From positions 1 through 60,098 of the forward strand of contig PUPD01000227.1 in NCBI GenBank assembly GCA_003552985.1: DNA of 60,098 nt, read 5' to 3'. How positions within the stretch are numbered: position 1 is the stretch's first letter; every line of letters begins with the position of its first letter. The notes beneath the pieces were generated by a model, which was not told the DNA's origin, ran no database searches, and saw nothing but the letters and a program-made list of their open reading frames with translations. Shown here piece after piece: positions 33,609-42,913 of the stretch. The translations under genes were made by a program, and so were the position numbers. This stretch comes from Spirochaetaceae bacterium. GTDB taxonomy: Bacteria > Spirochaetota > Spirochaetia > DSM-27196 > SLAA01.

Positions 33609-34382
33609 GTGAGTGTCGAACACTACACACAGCTGCGAGCTCTTCTTGATCCGGTGCCTCAGCTAACTGAGGCACGGCGTGTCCTGTGTATTCAACCGCA
33701 TCCCGATGATACCGACATTGCCTTGGGAGCTACCATCGCGCTTCTGGCTGCACAGGGAACTATTATCACGTATCTCTCGGTTACCGATGACGCTGCCGGC
33801 CTGACGAACGCCGACGCTGAGCTTCCCTATGAAGCCCGAGTCCGGCTTCGCAGCAGCGAGCAACGTGAGGCGGCATCCATCCTCGGCGTAGCAGAGGTGC
33901 GCGAATTGGGGTTCGCCGATGCGGGTGATTGGTCGGTCCGAGAACTCCGCAATTGCCTTGTCGACGCCATACGAACCGACGAGCCGGACTTTGTGCTTAG
34001 TTGCGATCCATGGCTCCCTTACGAGGCCCACGCCGACCACGTGCGCACCGGGCTTGCCGTTGCAGAGGCAGCTATCCTGTACCAGTTCCCCAACACCGCA
34101 ACCGCGCACTACCGGGCCGAGTATCGTCTGAACGCAGTCGGCTTCTTTTTCACCGACAAGCCAAACCAGTTTGTCGACGCCGCAGCATACCGTGAGTTGA
34201 AGCTGGAGGCCATTTCGGCTCACAAGTCGCAGTTCACTAGCGAACAGATCAACGCACTCGATGCCGTCGACCACGAGCGAGGGCAGCGCCTCGCAGAAAC
34301 AACCGGGGCTGTATGGGTGGAAGGTGTCAAGTGTTTGCGCCCGGAGTGGCTGCATGTGCTTCCGGAGGCACAGTGGCTATAG
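33609..34382 (+). CDS. PIG-L/LmbE-family de-N-acetylase (2)
   Basis: Start reset to GTG 33609; QPHPDDTD, DPWLPYEAHADH, AHKSQF. Confidence 0.88.
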   Translation: MSVEHYTQLRALLDPVPQLTEARRVLCIQPHPDDTDIALGATIALLAAQGTIITYLSVTDDAAGLTNADAELPYEARVRLRSSEQREAASILGVAEVRELGFADAGDWSVRELRNCLVDAIRTDEPDFVLSCDPWLPYEAHADHVRTGLAVAEAAILYQFPNTATAHYRAEYRLNAVGFFFTDKPNQFVDAAAYRELKLEAISAHKSQFTSEQINALDAVDHERGQRLAETTGAVWVEGVKCLRPEWLHVLPEAQWL

Positions 34383-34490
34383 TAAGAGGTGCGGAGCGCT
34401 GCTGCGCAAGACTCGTCCGCATTGGCTTGAACAGCGGCAGGGTCTAACCGGCAGAGTTTCAGCTCCGGAGACGCTGACAGCGAGGTTGGG

Positions 34491-35663
34491 ATGGCGCGTA
34501 AATCCATAAGCGTTAATACAGTGAAGATCCAGAACCGGCTAGCCGTGTTTCGGGAGCTCGCGAACGGTGAGCGGCTCACACGCGGCGAGCTGGCCGAGCG
34601 CTGCGGCGTCAGCCTGGGGACGGTGGTAACAATTCTCGATGAGCTTGCAGGTCAGGGACTCGTTGTTGAGGCCGTGGACACCGGAACACTCGTCGGGCGG
34701 AAGCCGAACCTGGTTCAATTGGTCGGTGGACCTAAGCGCATCGTTACGCTAGACCTCTCGTCGAAGAACTTCGCGTTCTCCATCATGGACCTCAAACTCG
34801 AAACCTGCGCGGAGGGCCGGCACCGCTTTCAATCCACGAAGTCTTTCGAAGAGAATCTGCAGGACGCACTGGCTGAAATGAAAGCCGTGACGGGCGAACT
34901 AGGCCTTGAGGACGATCAAATTGTGGGCGTTGGGATCTCGGTACCGGGACCTTACAACGCATCTTCAGACCGTGTGTCGCACGCCTCGTATCCCCAGCTT
35001 GAACACATTCCTATCAGCGCGACCATTCGCCAATACTTCGGTCAACCGATGCAGATCGAGCACGATGTGTTTCTGGCGGCTCGAGCTGAACTGCGCCATG
35101 TTCCCGACAACCAAGCAAAGAACATTTACTACATCTTCCTCGGCGAGGGTGTAGGCGGGGCCTTGGCCACTCAAGGCGAGATTTACAAAGGATCGCGACA
35201 GGAGGCCGGTGACCTCGGCAGAATGTACATGACCGAGCGTGAAACGCTGGAGGAGCTCGTCTCCTGGACCCGCGTCGGCTCCGCGCTGACGACTGAGTTC
35301 GCCGACCGGTACGATACCCCGTATCAACCGGCTCGATCCGACGGTAGAGACGGCTCGACTGTGGCGAACCCGCCGATGCTTGGGCTCCCTGCTCCGATAC
35401 AGGAGGCCACACGCATGATTGCGCGCGCATTGCACAATGCGTTCTGGGTTCTTGACCCCGATTGCTTCGTAATCGGTGGGGAGTACCACCGATTCGGAAA
35501 CGCCTTCCTGAGCTGCCTGGTTCAAGACTTAAGCGCCTACCTTCCGTCGGAGGTCATGCGAACCCTGGAAGTACGTCTCGCCCGTCACGGAAGCCGGGGC
35601 GCTTTGCTGGGCGCAGGCGAGGTTGTGCGCGAAAACTGGTTGTCGACCTTGACCACCGGGTGA
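34491..35663 (+). CDS. ROK-family transcriptional regulator (1)
   Basis: N-terminal wHTH (TRGELAERCGVSLGTV..IL.EL, GRKP), GVGISVPG, LGEGVGG. Confidence 0.9.
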   Translation: MARKSISVNTVKIQNRLAVFRELANGERLTRGELAERCGVSLGTVVTILDELAGQGLVVEAVDTGTLVGRKPNLVQLVGGPKRIVTLDLSSKNFAFSIMDLKLETCAEGRHRFQSTKSFEENLQDALAEMKAVTGELGLEDDQIVGVGISVPGPYNASSDRVSHASYPQLEHIPISATIRQYFGQPMQIEHDVFLAARAELRHVPDNQAKNIYYIFLGEGVGGALATQGEIYKGSRQEAGDLGRMYMTERETLEELVSWTRVGSALTTEFADRYDTPYQPARSDGRDGSTVANPPMLGLPAPIQEATRMIARALHNAFWVLDPDCFVIGGEYHRFGNAFLSCLVQDLSAYLPSEVMRTLEVRLARHGSRGALLGAGEVVRENWLSTLTTG

Positions 35664-35694
35664 GACCAGCACATTTCCGCAGGAGGACTTAGAT

Positions 35695-35835
35695 ATGGAG
35701 AATGCGCACAGCATAAGTGAGCGGCGTGGCAACGGACCTCGGGACGGCCGGCACCTCTTGTGTTTGATCAGCGTTACCAGTATTCTGCCGGTGATATGGC
35801 CATTTCTGTGTTCCTCTCGCGACGGGTCTAGATGA
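35695..35835 (+). CDS. Putative 46-aa small protein/leader peptide coupled to ROK(2)
   Basis: AGGAGG SD; MENAHSISERRGNGPRDGRHLLCLISVTSILPVIWPFLCSSRDGSR; stop overlaps the ROK(2) start (ATGATG). Confidence 0.35.
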   Translation: MENAHSISERRGNGPRDGRHLLCLISVTSILPVIWPFLCSSRDGSR

Positions 35836-36983
35836 TGTCGAAAACGATTAGCGTCAATACGGTGAAGATTCAGAACCGCCTTGCCGTGTTTCGCGAGTTA
35901 CGTAACTTCGGCGAGACTACGCGCACGCAACTGGCTCGGCGCTGCAATCTCAGCCTCGGTACGGTCGTAACAATCCTTGAGGAGCTCGCCGGGCAGGGCG
36001 TGGTGGAGGAGACGCTTGATCAGCGAGCTACCGTCGGGCGCAAGCCCCACCTCGTACGGCTCGTAGACGGAGGCAAGCGCATTATCGCGATCGATCTATC
36101 CTCGCGAAACTCACTGTATGAGATCTTTCCCGTGCATTTGCAGGGGGGCGTTGGCGCGAAGCATCGGTTCCGGAGCGCTCAATCGCTGGAGGCCAACGTC
36201 CGCGCCCTGTTTGAAGAGGTTCGCCGGCATGTGGAAGACCTGAGAATCAAGGACGAGGACATCATCGGGATCGGCGTATCTGTTCCGGGGTCGTATCGCT
36301 ACACTTCAGACAGCATCGAAAACGCGCCGTTCCCGGAGCTCCACCAGATTGGCCTGAATCGATTGCTCAAGGAGTACTTCGACCAACCGGTGACCATAGA
36401 CCACGACGTGTTTCTTGCCGCCCACGCCGAAATTCGGTACATCTCCGCATACCATGACAAGAACATCTTTTACATGTTCCTCGGTGAGGGTGTTGGCGGT
36501 GCACTCTCGGCACATGGCGAGCTCTATCGCGGATCACGTGAGGACGCGGGTGATATCGGGCGAATGTACATCACCGCCGACGAAACGCTCGAGGATCTCG
36601 TCTCCTGGAACCGCGTCGAGGCTGCCCTAGCGGTCGAGGGCACTACGCCGCTGGAAGCACAGAGCCCTGACGGTAGCAAGGGCTCAGCTGCGACCGAAGG
36701 CCCGCCGCGTGACCTCCCTGCTCCGGTGCAGGAAGCAACGCGCGTGATCGCACGTGCGCTCCAGAACACATTCTGGGTTGTCGATCCCGACTGCTTCGTA
36801 GTAGGCGGTGAGTATCAGCGTTTCGGCACCCCATTCGTCGAGTTGATCACCCGCGAGCTCCAACGATACCTTGAGCCCTCGGTGATGGAAACGCTCGAGG
36901 TGAGGCTCTCCCAACATGGCGCACGAGGAGCACTCCTTGGGGCGGCACAGATCGCGCGCCGCCAGTGGCTCGTTTCTCTGTGA
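35832..36983 (+). CDS. ROK-family transcriptional regulator (2), tandem paralog
   Basis: Same architecture as 34491..35663 with shared blocks (SVNTVKIQNRLAVFREL, HDVFLAA.AE, LPAP.QEATR). Confidence 0.9.
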   Translation: MMSKTISVNTVKIQNRLAVFRELRNFGETTRTQLARRCNLSLGTVVTILEELAGQGVVEETLDQRATVGRKPHLVRLVDGGKRIIAIDLSSRNSLYEIFPVHLQGGVGAKHRFRSAQSLEANVRALFEEVRRHVEDLRIKDEDIIGIGVSVPGSYRYTSDSIENAPFPELHQIGLNRLLKEYFDQPVTIDHDVFLAAHAEIRYISAYHDKNIFYMFLGEGVGGALSAHGELYRGSREDAGDIGRMYITADETLEDLVSWNRVEAALAVEGTTPLEAQSPDGSKGSAATEGPPRDLPAPVQEATRVIARALQNTFWVVDPDCFVVGGEYQRFGTPFVELITRELQRYLEPSVMETLEVRLSQHGARGALLGAAQIARRQWLVSL

Positions 36984-37075
36984 GCCCCAGCTCACACTAC
37001 TGGGAAGGAGCACTTTCGAACCCGACGAGGATATCGACTGCACGAACCACTACTGCACGGCCCTCACCCGTCGGT

Positions 37076-38395
37076 TCATGTGATCGCCAGGCCCTGCACC
37101 AACGCGATCAGATTATCACGCAGCGTTTCGCCCGCCCCAGGTGCAAGTGCGGTGGCCTCCACCTCGAACCCTCCCTCTTCATAAGCCGCTGCGTTGGGAA
37201 GATAACCGACATGACCGTTTGCAAGCCCCATCAAGACGGTTGATACCCCTTTCGTGGCGTCAATGACCTCGCGGCCTAAAGCGTTGAACAGCTCTCCGGG
37301 GATCGTGACCATAACCGTGTCGTTGATCCGCAATGCGGCAATCTCGGCCTCGATAGAGTGCCCGCACCCTTTACGTCGTAAATGGCGCAGCAGCAGAACG
37401 GAATGATCCATCTCGCACTGCAGTAGTCCTTCAGCTCGCTCAGCTCGAGCCGCCCGGCTTTCCTGGTTAAGGTGCTCAAGCAGTTCCGCCTCTTGTGCGA
37501 GACTCGGACGCTGACGAAGCGGAAGAGACACCAGGGCGCGCTTCTGCCGCAGGATCTGCACGTCTTCCGGTTGCAACCGTTCAACCGCTTCAATCACTAC
37601 GCTCCCTAAGCGCCGCCCAAGGCGTTCGGCATCCTCACGGGTGCCGGGATGGATAATCGGATTGCTGTCACCTTCGGCCCCGTTGGTGAACATGACGGTC
37701 GTATCAGCACCAAGAGCGCGCTCCGCGAAGCGTTGCATTGCACCCGGATAGTCAGAGGAGATCTCGATATTCGGCCCGAGCACTACCGCGTGGCAGGCGT
37801 AGTTTACTACGATTGCGCGTTCGCCCATGGAGTTCTCGAACCCCAACACGGCGACCGTCCGATCTACCGGTGCTTCCCAGTTCTGTCCGAGATACGGCAA
37901 CGGTTTGAACCGTCCTTCCGCGTCACGCTGCCTTCGAACAACATTAATATCAGATTGGGTGCGTGCAAAGCCGAAACGAGCCGGGCAGGCGCGGCGCTGC
38001 GCCAGTTCCACCGCGCTCGCGAGCTTGCGCATCAAAACAGTACGGTATTCGAAATCAAGCACGCCGGCGAAAAGATTATGTCCTTCAGGTAAGGTGTCGA
38101 TCATCGGTCCGGAGTGGTTATGGGAGGCCGTTAGAATGATCGATTCAGCCGGAATCCCGGTACGCTTCGATACGGTCGTTACGGCTTCGGCGAAGAAGGA
38201 GTCGGGCATTCCAATGAGATCGGTTGTCACCAGAACTACCGGACCGTCGTCGTGTTCGAGCACCAGAGCCTTGGCGTGTAACTCATCGAAGACCTCAGAG
38301 GCCCCTGCGGTACGCCCTTCACTGACGTAGTACCCCGCGAGAGCGACTCCAAGCGGCGGTGTGATGTTGACAGTTGCCCAGCCTGCTGAGAACAA
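37076..38395 (-). CDS. Neutral/alkaline ceramidase-like hydrolase (1)
   Basis: NITPPLG..LAGY, ASHNHSGP, NYACHA, ISSDYPG, NGAEGD, PGELF, GYLP. Confidence 0.8.
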   Translation of the reverse strand: MFSAGWATVNITPPLGVALAGYYVSEGRTAGASEVFDELHAKALVLEHDDGPVVLVTTDLIGMPDSFFAEAVTTVSKRTGIPAESIILTASHNHSGPMIDTLPEGHNLFAGVLDFEYRTVLMRKLASAVELAQRRACPARFGFARTQSDINVVRRQRDAEGRFKPLPYLGQNWEAPVDRTVAVLGFENSMGERAIVVNYACHAVVLGPNIEISSDYPGAMQRFAERALGADTTVMFTNGAEGDSNPIIHPGTREDAERLGRRLGSVVIEAVERLQPEDVQILRQKRALVSLPLRQRPSLAQEAELLEHLNQESRAARAERAEGLLQCEMDHSVLLLRHLRRKGCGHSIEAEIAALRINDTVMVTIPGELFNALGREVIDATKGVSTVLMGLANGHVGYLPNAAAYEEGGFEVEATALAPGAGETLRDNLIALVQGLAIT

Positions 38396-38407
38396 ACTGC
38401 TTCCCCG

Positions 38408-39280
38408 TCATCCCTTCGTAGCGCCTGCGGTCATACCGGCGATAAGGTGGTGCTGCAAAGAAAGGAAGAAGATTACCGCCGGCAGCGTCAGAATCACGCC
38501 TCCTGCCAGAAGCCCCCCGTAGTTTGTACCCGCAAACTGTGAGTGAGCGAGGTTGTTTAACACAACGGCCGCCGGGACGACGCTTGCGCTTCTCGCAAGA
38601 ATCATCGCAAACAACAGGTCGTTCCACGCCAGCACGAACGCAAATAGCCCGGTCGCGATAATACCCGGCACGATCAACGGCAAAACGATTCGGAAGAACG
38701 CCTGCAACCGGCTCGCTCCGTCAATCCAGGCCGATTCCTCCAGCTCTACCGGGAAGCCTGCGAAAAAACCCCTCAGCATCAGAATCGCGAAAGGCGCTGC
38801 GAAGGTCGCGTATCCCAGCACTAACCCTAGGTACGTATCTACCAGACGCAGCCGCGTGAAGATCACAAACAGAGGAATCGCAACCAGGACCCGCGGCAGC
38901 ATCTGCGTCGAGACGAAGAAGGTCATAATCGATTTCTTGAACCGATAGCGGTACCGCGCCAGACTGTAGGCCGCCGCTGCACAGATCGTCATCGCCAGCA
39001 ACGCAGTAGCTCCGGCCACAACAAACGAGTTCAATAACCCCCGCATGAAGCGCGCATTGGTGAATGCCCAGTAGTAGTGCTGCAATGTCACGGGATTCGG
39101 GAGCAAGGTCGGGACGCGCGAGAAGATCGCATCTGCTGTTTTCAGGGAGGAAATGAGGCCCCATAGAAACGGGAACGCGATCCACGCCAACAGGATGACC
39201 GTTACGAGGTCGCGTGCTCGGCGGAATACGAATGAGCCTTCGATTTGCCTACCGGGACGACTTCGGCGACGGCGCATCAT
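38408..39280 (-). CDS. Carbohydrate ABC transporter permease (MalG-like)
   Basis: PVELEESAWIDGASRL, AWNDLLFA, GMTAGATKG. Confidence 0.93.
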   Translation of the reverse strand: MMRRRRSRPGRQIEGSFVFRRARDLVTVILLAWIAFPFLWGLISSLKTADAIFSRVPTLLPNPVTLQHYYWAFTNARFMRGLLNSFVVAGATALLAMTICAAAAYSLARYRYRFKKSIMTFFVSTQMLPRVLVAIPLFVIFTRLRLVDTYLGLVLGYATFAAPFAILMLRGFFAGFPVELEESAWIDGASRLQAFFRIVLPLIVPGIIATGLFAFVLAWNDLLFAMILARSASVVPAAVVLNNLAHSQFAGTNYGGLLAGGVILTLPAVIFFLSLQHHLIAGMTAGATKG

Positions 39281-39300
39281 GGTTCCACACCCTCCCTGAC

Positions 39301-40251
39301 TCAGATATCAAGCCTGATTCGGCGCATGTAGACGCCGGTAAACACCAGCATGAAGGCCATCAACAGCACACCGATGCTCGCACCGTACGCAACTCGGTAA
39401 AACTCGAACCCAACTCGGTACGACAGAATGGCCAGAGTTGTGGATTGTCCGCCCGGCCCACCTCGGGTCAACGCCCACAACAGGTTGAAATCGTGGCTGC
39501 GCCAGATAGTCATCAGCAAGGTCACAACCACCAGCACCGGCCGCAACAGCGGAAGCGTGATCATCCTAAATCGGTGCCACAGCGACGCTCCGTCGACTAT
39601 AGCCGCTTCGTAGAGCTCCTCCGGGATCATCTGCAGCCCGGCCAGTAGATTGACGAATGAAAACGGGATGCTTTTCCACCAGCTTATAACCAATATGCTG
39701 ATCCACATGGTACTGCGATTGGTAAGCCACGAGATCCTGCTCTGAATAATCCCCAAGTTCATAAGAACGTAGTTGAGAATCCCCCATTCGCCGTCGAGGA
39801 TCCACCGCCACACGATCGCTACCACGACTGGGGGCATCAGCCACGGTAGGATTACGATTCCCCGCCAAACGGGACGAAACGGGATTCGCCGGTTCAAGAG
39901 CAAAGCGAGCAACAGTCCGAGCCCCACCTCACCAACCACCGAGCCGAAGGTCCAGATCACCGTATTGCGGACGTAGAGCGTCCACCGCGGATCGGCGAAA
40001 AACCGCCGGAAGTTCCCGAACCCATACGGCTCAATTGAGTCGATCCCGCGCATGAGATAGAGGTCCTGAAAGCTCAGCCACACGGCGTGCAAAATCGGAT
40101 AGATGATGAAGACGGCAAAAAACGTGAACGCCGGAAGGAGTAACGCGATACCTACTACCGCTTGCGAACGGCTTGCCCTCGTCAGCAACTTACGCAGCCG
40201 ACCGCTGTTTTGATTATGGTCTCTGTCCATGCTCGTTGTCGGGCCTGTCAT
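39301..40251 (-). CDS. Carbohydrate ABC transporter permease (MalF-like)
   Basis: GFGNF, LPWLMP, LQMIPEELYEAAIVDGAS, LTRGGPG. Confidence 0.93.
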   Translation of the reverse strand: MTGPTTSMDRDHNQNSGRLRKLLTRASRSQAVVGIALLLPAFTFFAVFIIYPILHAVWLSFQDLYLMRGIDSIEPYGFGNFRRFFADPRWTLYVRNTVIWTFGSVVGEVGLGLLLALLLNRRIPFRPVWRGIVILPWLMPPVVVAIVWRWILDGEWGILNYVLMNLGIIQSRISWLTNRSTMWISILVISWWKSIPFSFVNLLAGLQMIPEELYEAAIVDGASLWHRFRMITLPLLRPVLVVVTLLMTIWRSHDFNLLWALTRGGPGGQSTTLAILSYRVGFEFYRVAYGASIGVLLMAFMLVFTGVYMRRIRLDI

Positions 40252-40422
40252 CGCTTAAACCGTTTTAGTTGCGCAAAGCAGTTCTCTTATCAACGCCGCC
40301 AACGGAACGCTGTCGGTATCGCAACCTACAGGGCAGTTGCTTAGAAACCGGCGCAGGACAGCGACCTGCCGTCCCGCGTCCGATTCCGGTAACCGTAGTT
40401 AAGCTTAGGCGTTATGACAGCG

Positions 40423-41748
40423 TCACCCTCGTATGGCCTCGACTCGCTCCTTGAGCTGATCGTACGCCTCTTCCGGACCGATACGTCCGCCGAGAAGATC
40501 ACCGATGACCTCGGCTTTGACGGAGTCGATCTCGCTCGTTGGTGAGTACGGCGGGATGGAGAGAAGATCAACATCACCGCCGCCGGCGAACAGTGCACCC
40601 CACTCTTCTTCCCACCAGCGAACCTGGTCACCCAGGGCGGCCACGCGGTCGTCTATCGTCACACCCTTGTGTGGAGAAACGTTCATAGCCCATTCGACCG
40701 CTACGTCTCGGTCAGCCATAAACTCAATGAACCGGCCCGCCGCTTCCTTGTTCTGAGCGGCTCGCAGAATGGAGTAGCCGACCGTGTATGCCGACGCGTG
40801 CGGATTCCCACCGGGGACGGCGGTCGGAACCGGCATGATGGCGGTAACATCCGGCTGTGCCATTTGCGGGGCCAACCCGGCGAGGTCTCCCTGGAAGTAC
40901 GAGCCCTGCAACGCAACTGCTACAACACCTTCTGTGTAGGAGATGATGCTGTCGCGATGCGTCCAGCCTTCCTGCGCCGGCGGCATGTATTCCGCAAGCT
41001 CCTGCATCTGCGTCAACATCTCGATGTAGTTGTCGCGCATTTCGTCGCGGAAATCGACCGCATTCCTCAGACCGAACGCGGGGGCATAGTAATGGTGCAG
41101 CGCCGCCCCCACCATACGATCCTCGGCCAGCGTAATCGTGGTGGCGTACCGTCCGCGTTCCGGATCGTATACTGCGGCGGCCGCCTCCATGAACTGGTCC
41201 CAGGTGCGGATCTCTTCGGGTGGGTACCCTACCTCTTCGAACCAGTCTCGTCTGACGATGAATGCGCGGGAGGCCTGAGTAAACGGAGCTCCGTATAGTT
41301 GGCCGTCCTGCACGATCTCGTTGGACTCATCAACGATGTGGTCCAGGTACTGGTCGAGCAAGTCCTGAGACACCCAGTCGTTGATCGGCTCGAGAATTCC
41401 CATCTCCATCCAGTCGTTGATCTGAGCGTGCCCGTACCATACAACGTCCGGCGGGTTTCCGGCGCCAAGGTCGGCATAGAGGCGGTCGAAGATGTCAGCC
41501 CAGGTGGTGAGCTGGTAGTCGACATATATCTCGTCCTGCATCTCGTTGAACTCACGCACCCATTTCTGATCGTGTGCCTGTTCAACCTCCGCACTACCGG
41601 AGCTCAAGTAGACGATTGTTACCGTTTCGTCTTCCTCAGCAGCCCCACGTGCAACAGCAAACCCGACAACCCCAACAGCTAAGACCACGGTTATCGCCAG
41701 CATAACCGGCGTACGCCACCCTAGAACCCACTGCTTCCCCAAAGGCAT
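40423..41748 (-). CDS. Sugar ABC transporter substrate-binding protein
   Basis: Signal peptide ending AVARGAAEE, AGNPPDV, DGQLYGAP, RRDWF, TWDQFMEAA; acidic; AGGAGGTG SD. Confidence 0.9.
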   Translation of the reverse strand: MPLGKQWVLGWRTPVMLAITVVLAVGVVGFAVARGAAEEDETVTIVYLSSGSAEVEQAHDQKWVREFNEMQDEIYVDYQLTTWADIFDRLYADLGAGNPPDVVWYGHAQINDWMEMGILEPINDWVSQDLLDQYLDHIVDESNEIVQDGQLYGAPFTQASRAFIVRRDWFEEVGYPPEEIRTWDQFMEAAAAVYDPERGRYATTITLAEDRMVGAALHHYYAPAFGLRNAVDFRDEMRDNYIEMLTQMQELAEYMPPAQEGWTHRDSIISYTEGVVAVALQGSYFQGDLAGLAPQMAQPDVTAIMPVPTAVPGGNPHASAYTVGYSILRAAQNKEAAGRFIEFMADRDVAVEWAMNVSPHKGVTIDDRVAALGDQVRWWEEEWGALFAGGGDVDLLSIPPYSPTSEIDSVKAEVIGDLLGGRIGPEEAYDQLKERVEAIRG

Positions 41749-41795
41749 AAGACACCTCCTTGAGTGATATCGGCTGCAATGCAGCCCAACAACTT

Positions 41796-41824
41796 ACCTT
41801 AAGCTGCTTCCTATTTTCTGTCAA
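41796..41824 (-). promoter_or_regulatory. sigma70-type promoter for the second ABC operon
   Basis: TTGACA-17 nt-TAAGGT with an A/T-rich UP-like tract upstream. Confidence 0.6.
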
Positions 41825-41881
41825 TGATTGATTTAATTATTTTTTTTGATAGTGGTTTTTCGAGCTGCTCCGTATCACCGG

Positions 41882-42913
41882 CTATCCATCCCTTGGTGCC
41901 CCTGGCGCCACAGACACCACCCCACCGGTGCGGGACGACTCATAGGCAGCCTCAAGAATGCGCATGTTGACGATCCCCTCGTCCGGACCGGGAGTTGGAG
42001 CCCGGTTCTCGCGAATGGCGGAGACGAACTCGGCCATCTGGGCGGTGTACATGTGTTGGTCGCAATGCCCGAGGCGCGGTGGGAACTCCGGCGTTATCAC
42101 TATCTGCCCCTCAGGACCATGCCTTTTGACCAGGGTGGGGTATAACGAAGCGTAGCCCCCGGCGCCGTACAGACAAGTAGCCGCCTCGGGTCCGTCCATG
42201 TGCGGCTGCCACCAGCCGCTCTCGACCACCGAGGCGACACCGCCGGCCCATTCCACCACCACTATTCCGGTGTCGTCGAGCTCGGTCTTTCCCATGTTCG
42301 AGCTGATGCGAGCATACACCTGAACCGGCTGCGGATCGCCTAGCAGAAAGCGGGTAGTATCGATAGCGTGGATCCCCATATCCGCCAGCGCTCCACCACA
42401 GGCGAGCGAAGGGTCGGTGAACCAGCCGCCTGGTCCCCAGTTAACGTGTATTCCGTAAGCAGTCGTCCGAAAGATCTGTCCGATCTCGCCCTCGGCAACT
42501 CTCCGCCTGAGATCCAGCACCTCACGATCGAAGCGCCACATGTGCCCGACCATGAGCACACGCCCTCCCCGCTCGGCGGCCCCGGCGAGCTCCTCCGCCT
42601 CGGCGGTTGTGCAGGTCATCGGCTTCTCAACGAATACATGCTTCTCGGCCTCCAAAGCCTGTAGTGCATACGGATGATGATACACGTTCGGGACCGAAAG
42701 AATGACCGCATCCAGCGACCGGTCGCTCAGCAGCTCTTCGGCAGTGCGGTACGTTTTGGGAATGCTATGTCGCTCAGCAAACCGCTTGCCCTTCTCCAAC
42801 CCCCGGTTCTGCGCAGCCGCCAACTCCACTCCGGGCTGCTCAGCCAGCCCCACGGCGTGAAACTCGGCTATAAAGCCGGTTCCGACAAATCCAACACGCA
42901 GCCCTTCGGTCAT
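41882..42913 (-). CDS. Gfo/Idh/MocA-family oxidoreductase
   Basis: VGTGFIA Rossmann motif, HVFVEKPM, GGALADMGIHAID. Confidence 0.92.
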   Translation of the reverse strand: MTEGLRVGFVGTGFIAEFHAVGLAEQPGVELAAAQNRGLEKGKRFAERHSIPKTYRTAEELLSDRSLDAVILSVPNVYHHPYALQALEAEKHVFVEKPMTCTTAEAEELAGAAERGGRVLMVGHMWRFDREVLDLRRRVAEGEIGQIFRTTAYGIHVNWGPGGWFTDPSLACGGALADMGIHAIDTTRFLLGDPQPVQVYARISSNMGKTELDDTGIVVVEWAGGVASVVESGWWQPHMDGPEAATCLYGAGGYASLYPTLVKRHGPEGQIVITPEFPPRLGHCDQHMYTAQMAEFVSAIRENRAPTPGPDEGIVNMRILEAAYESSRTGGVVSVAPGAPRDG

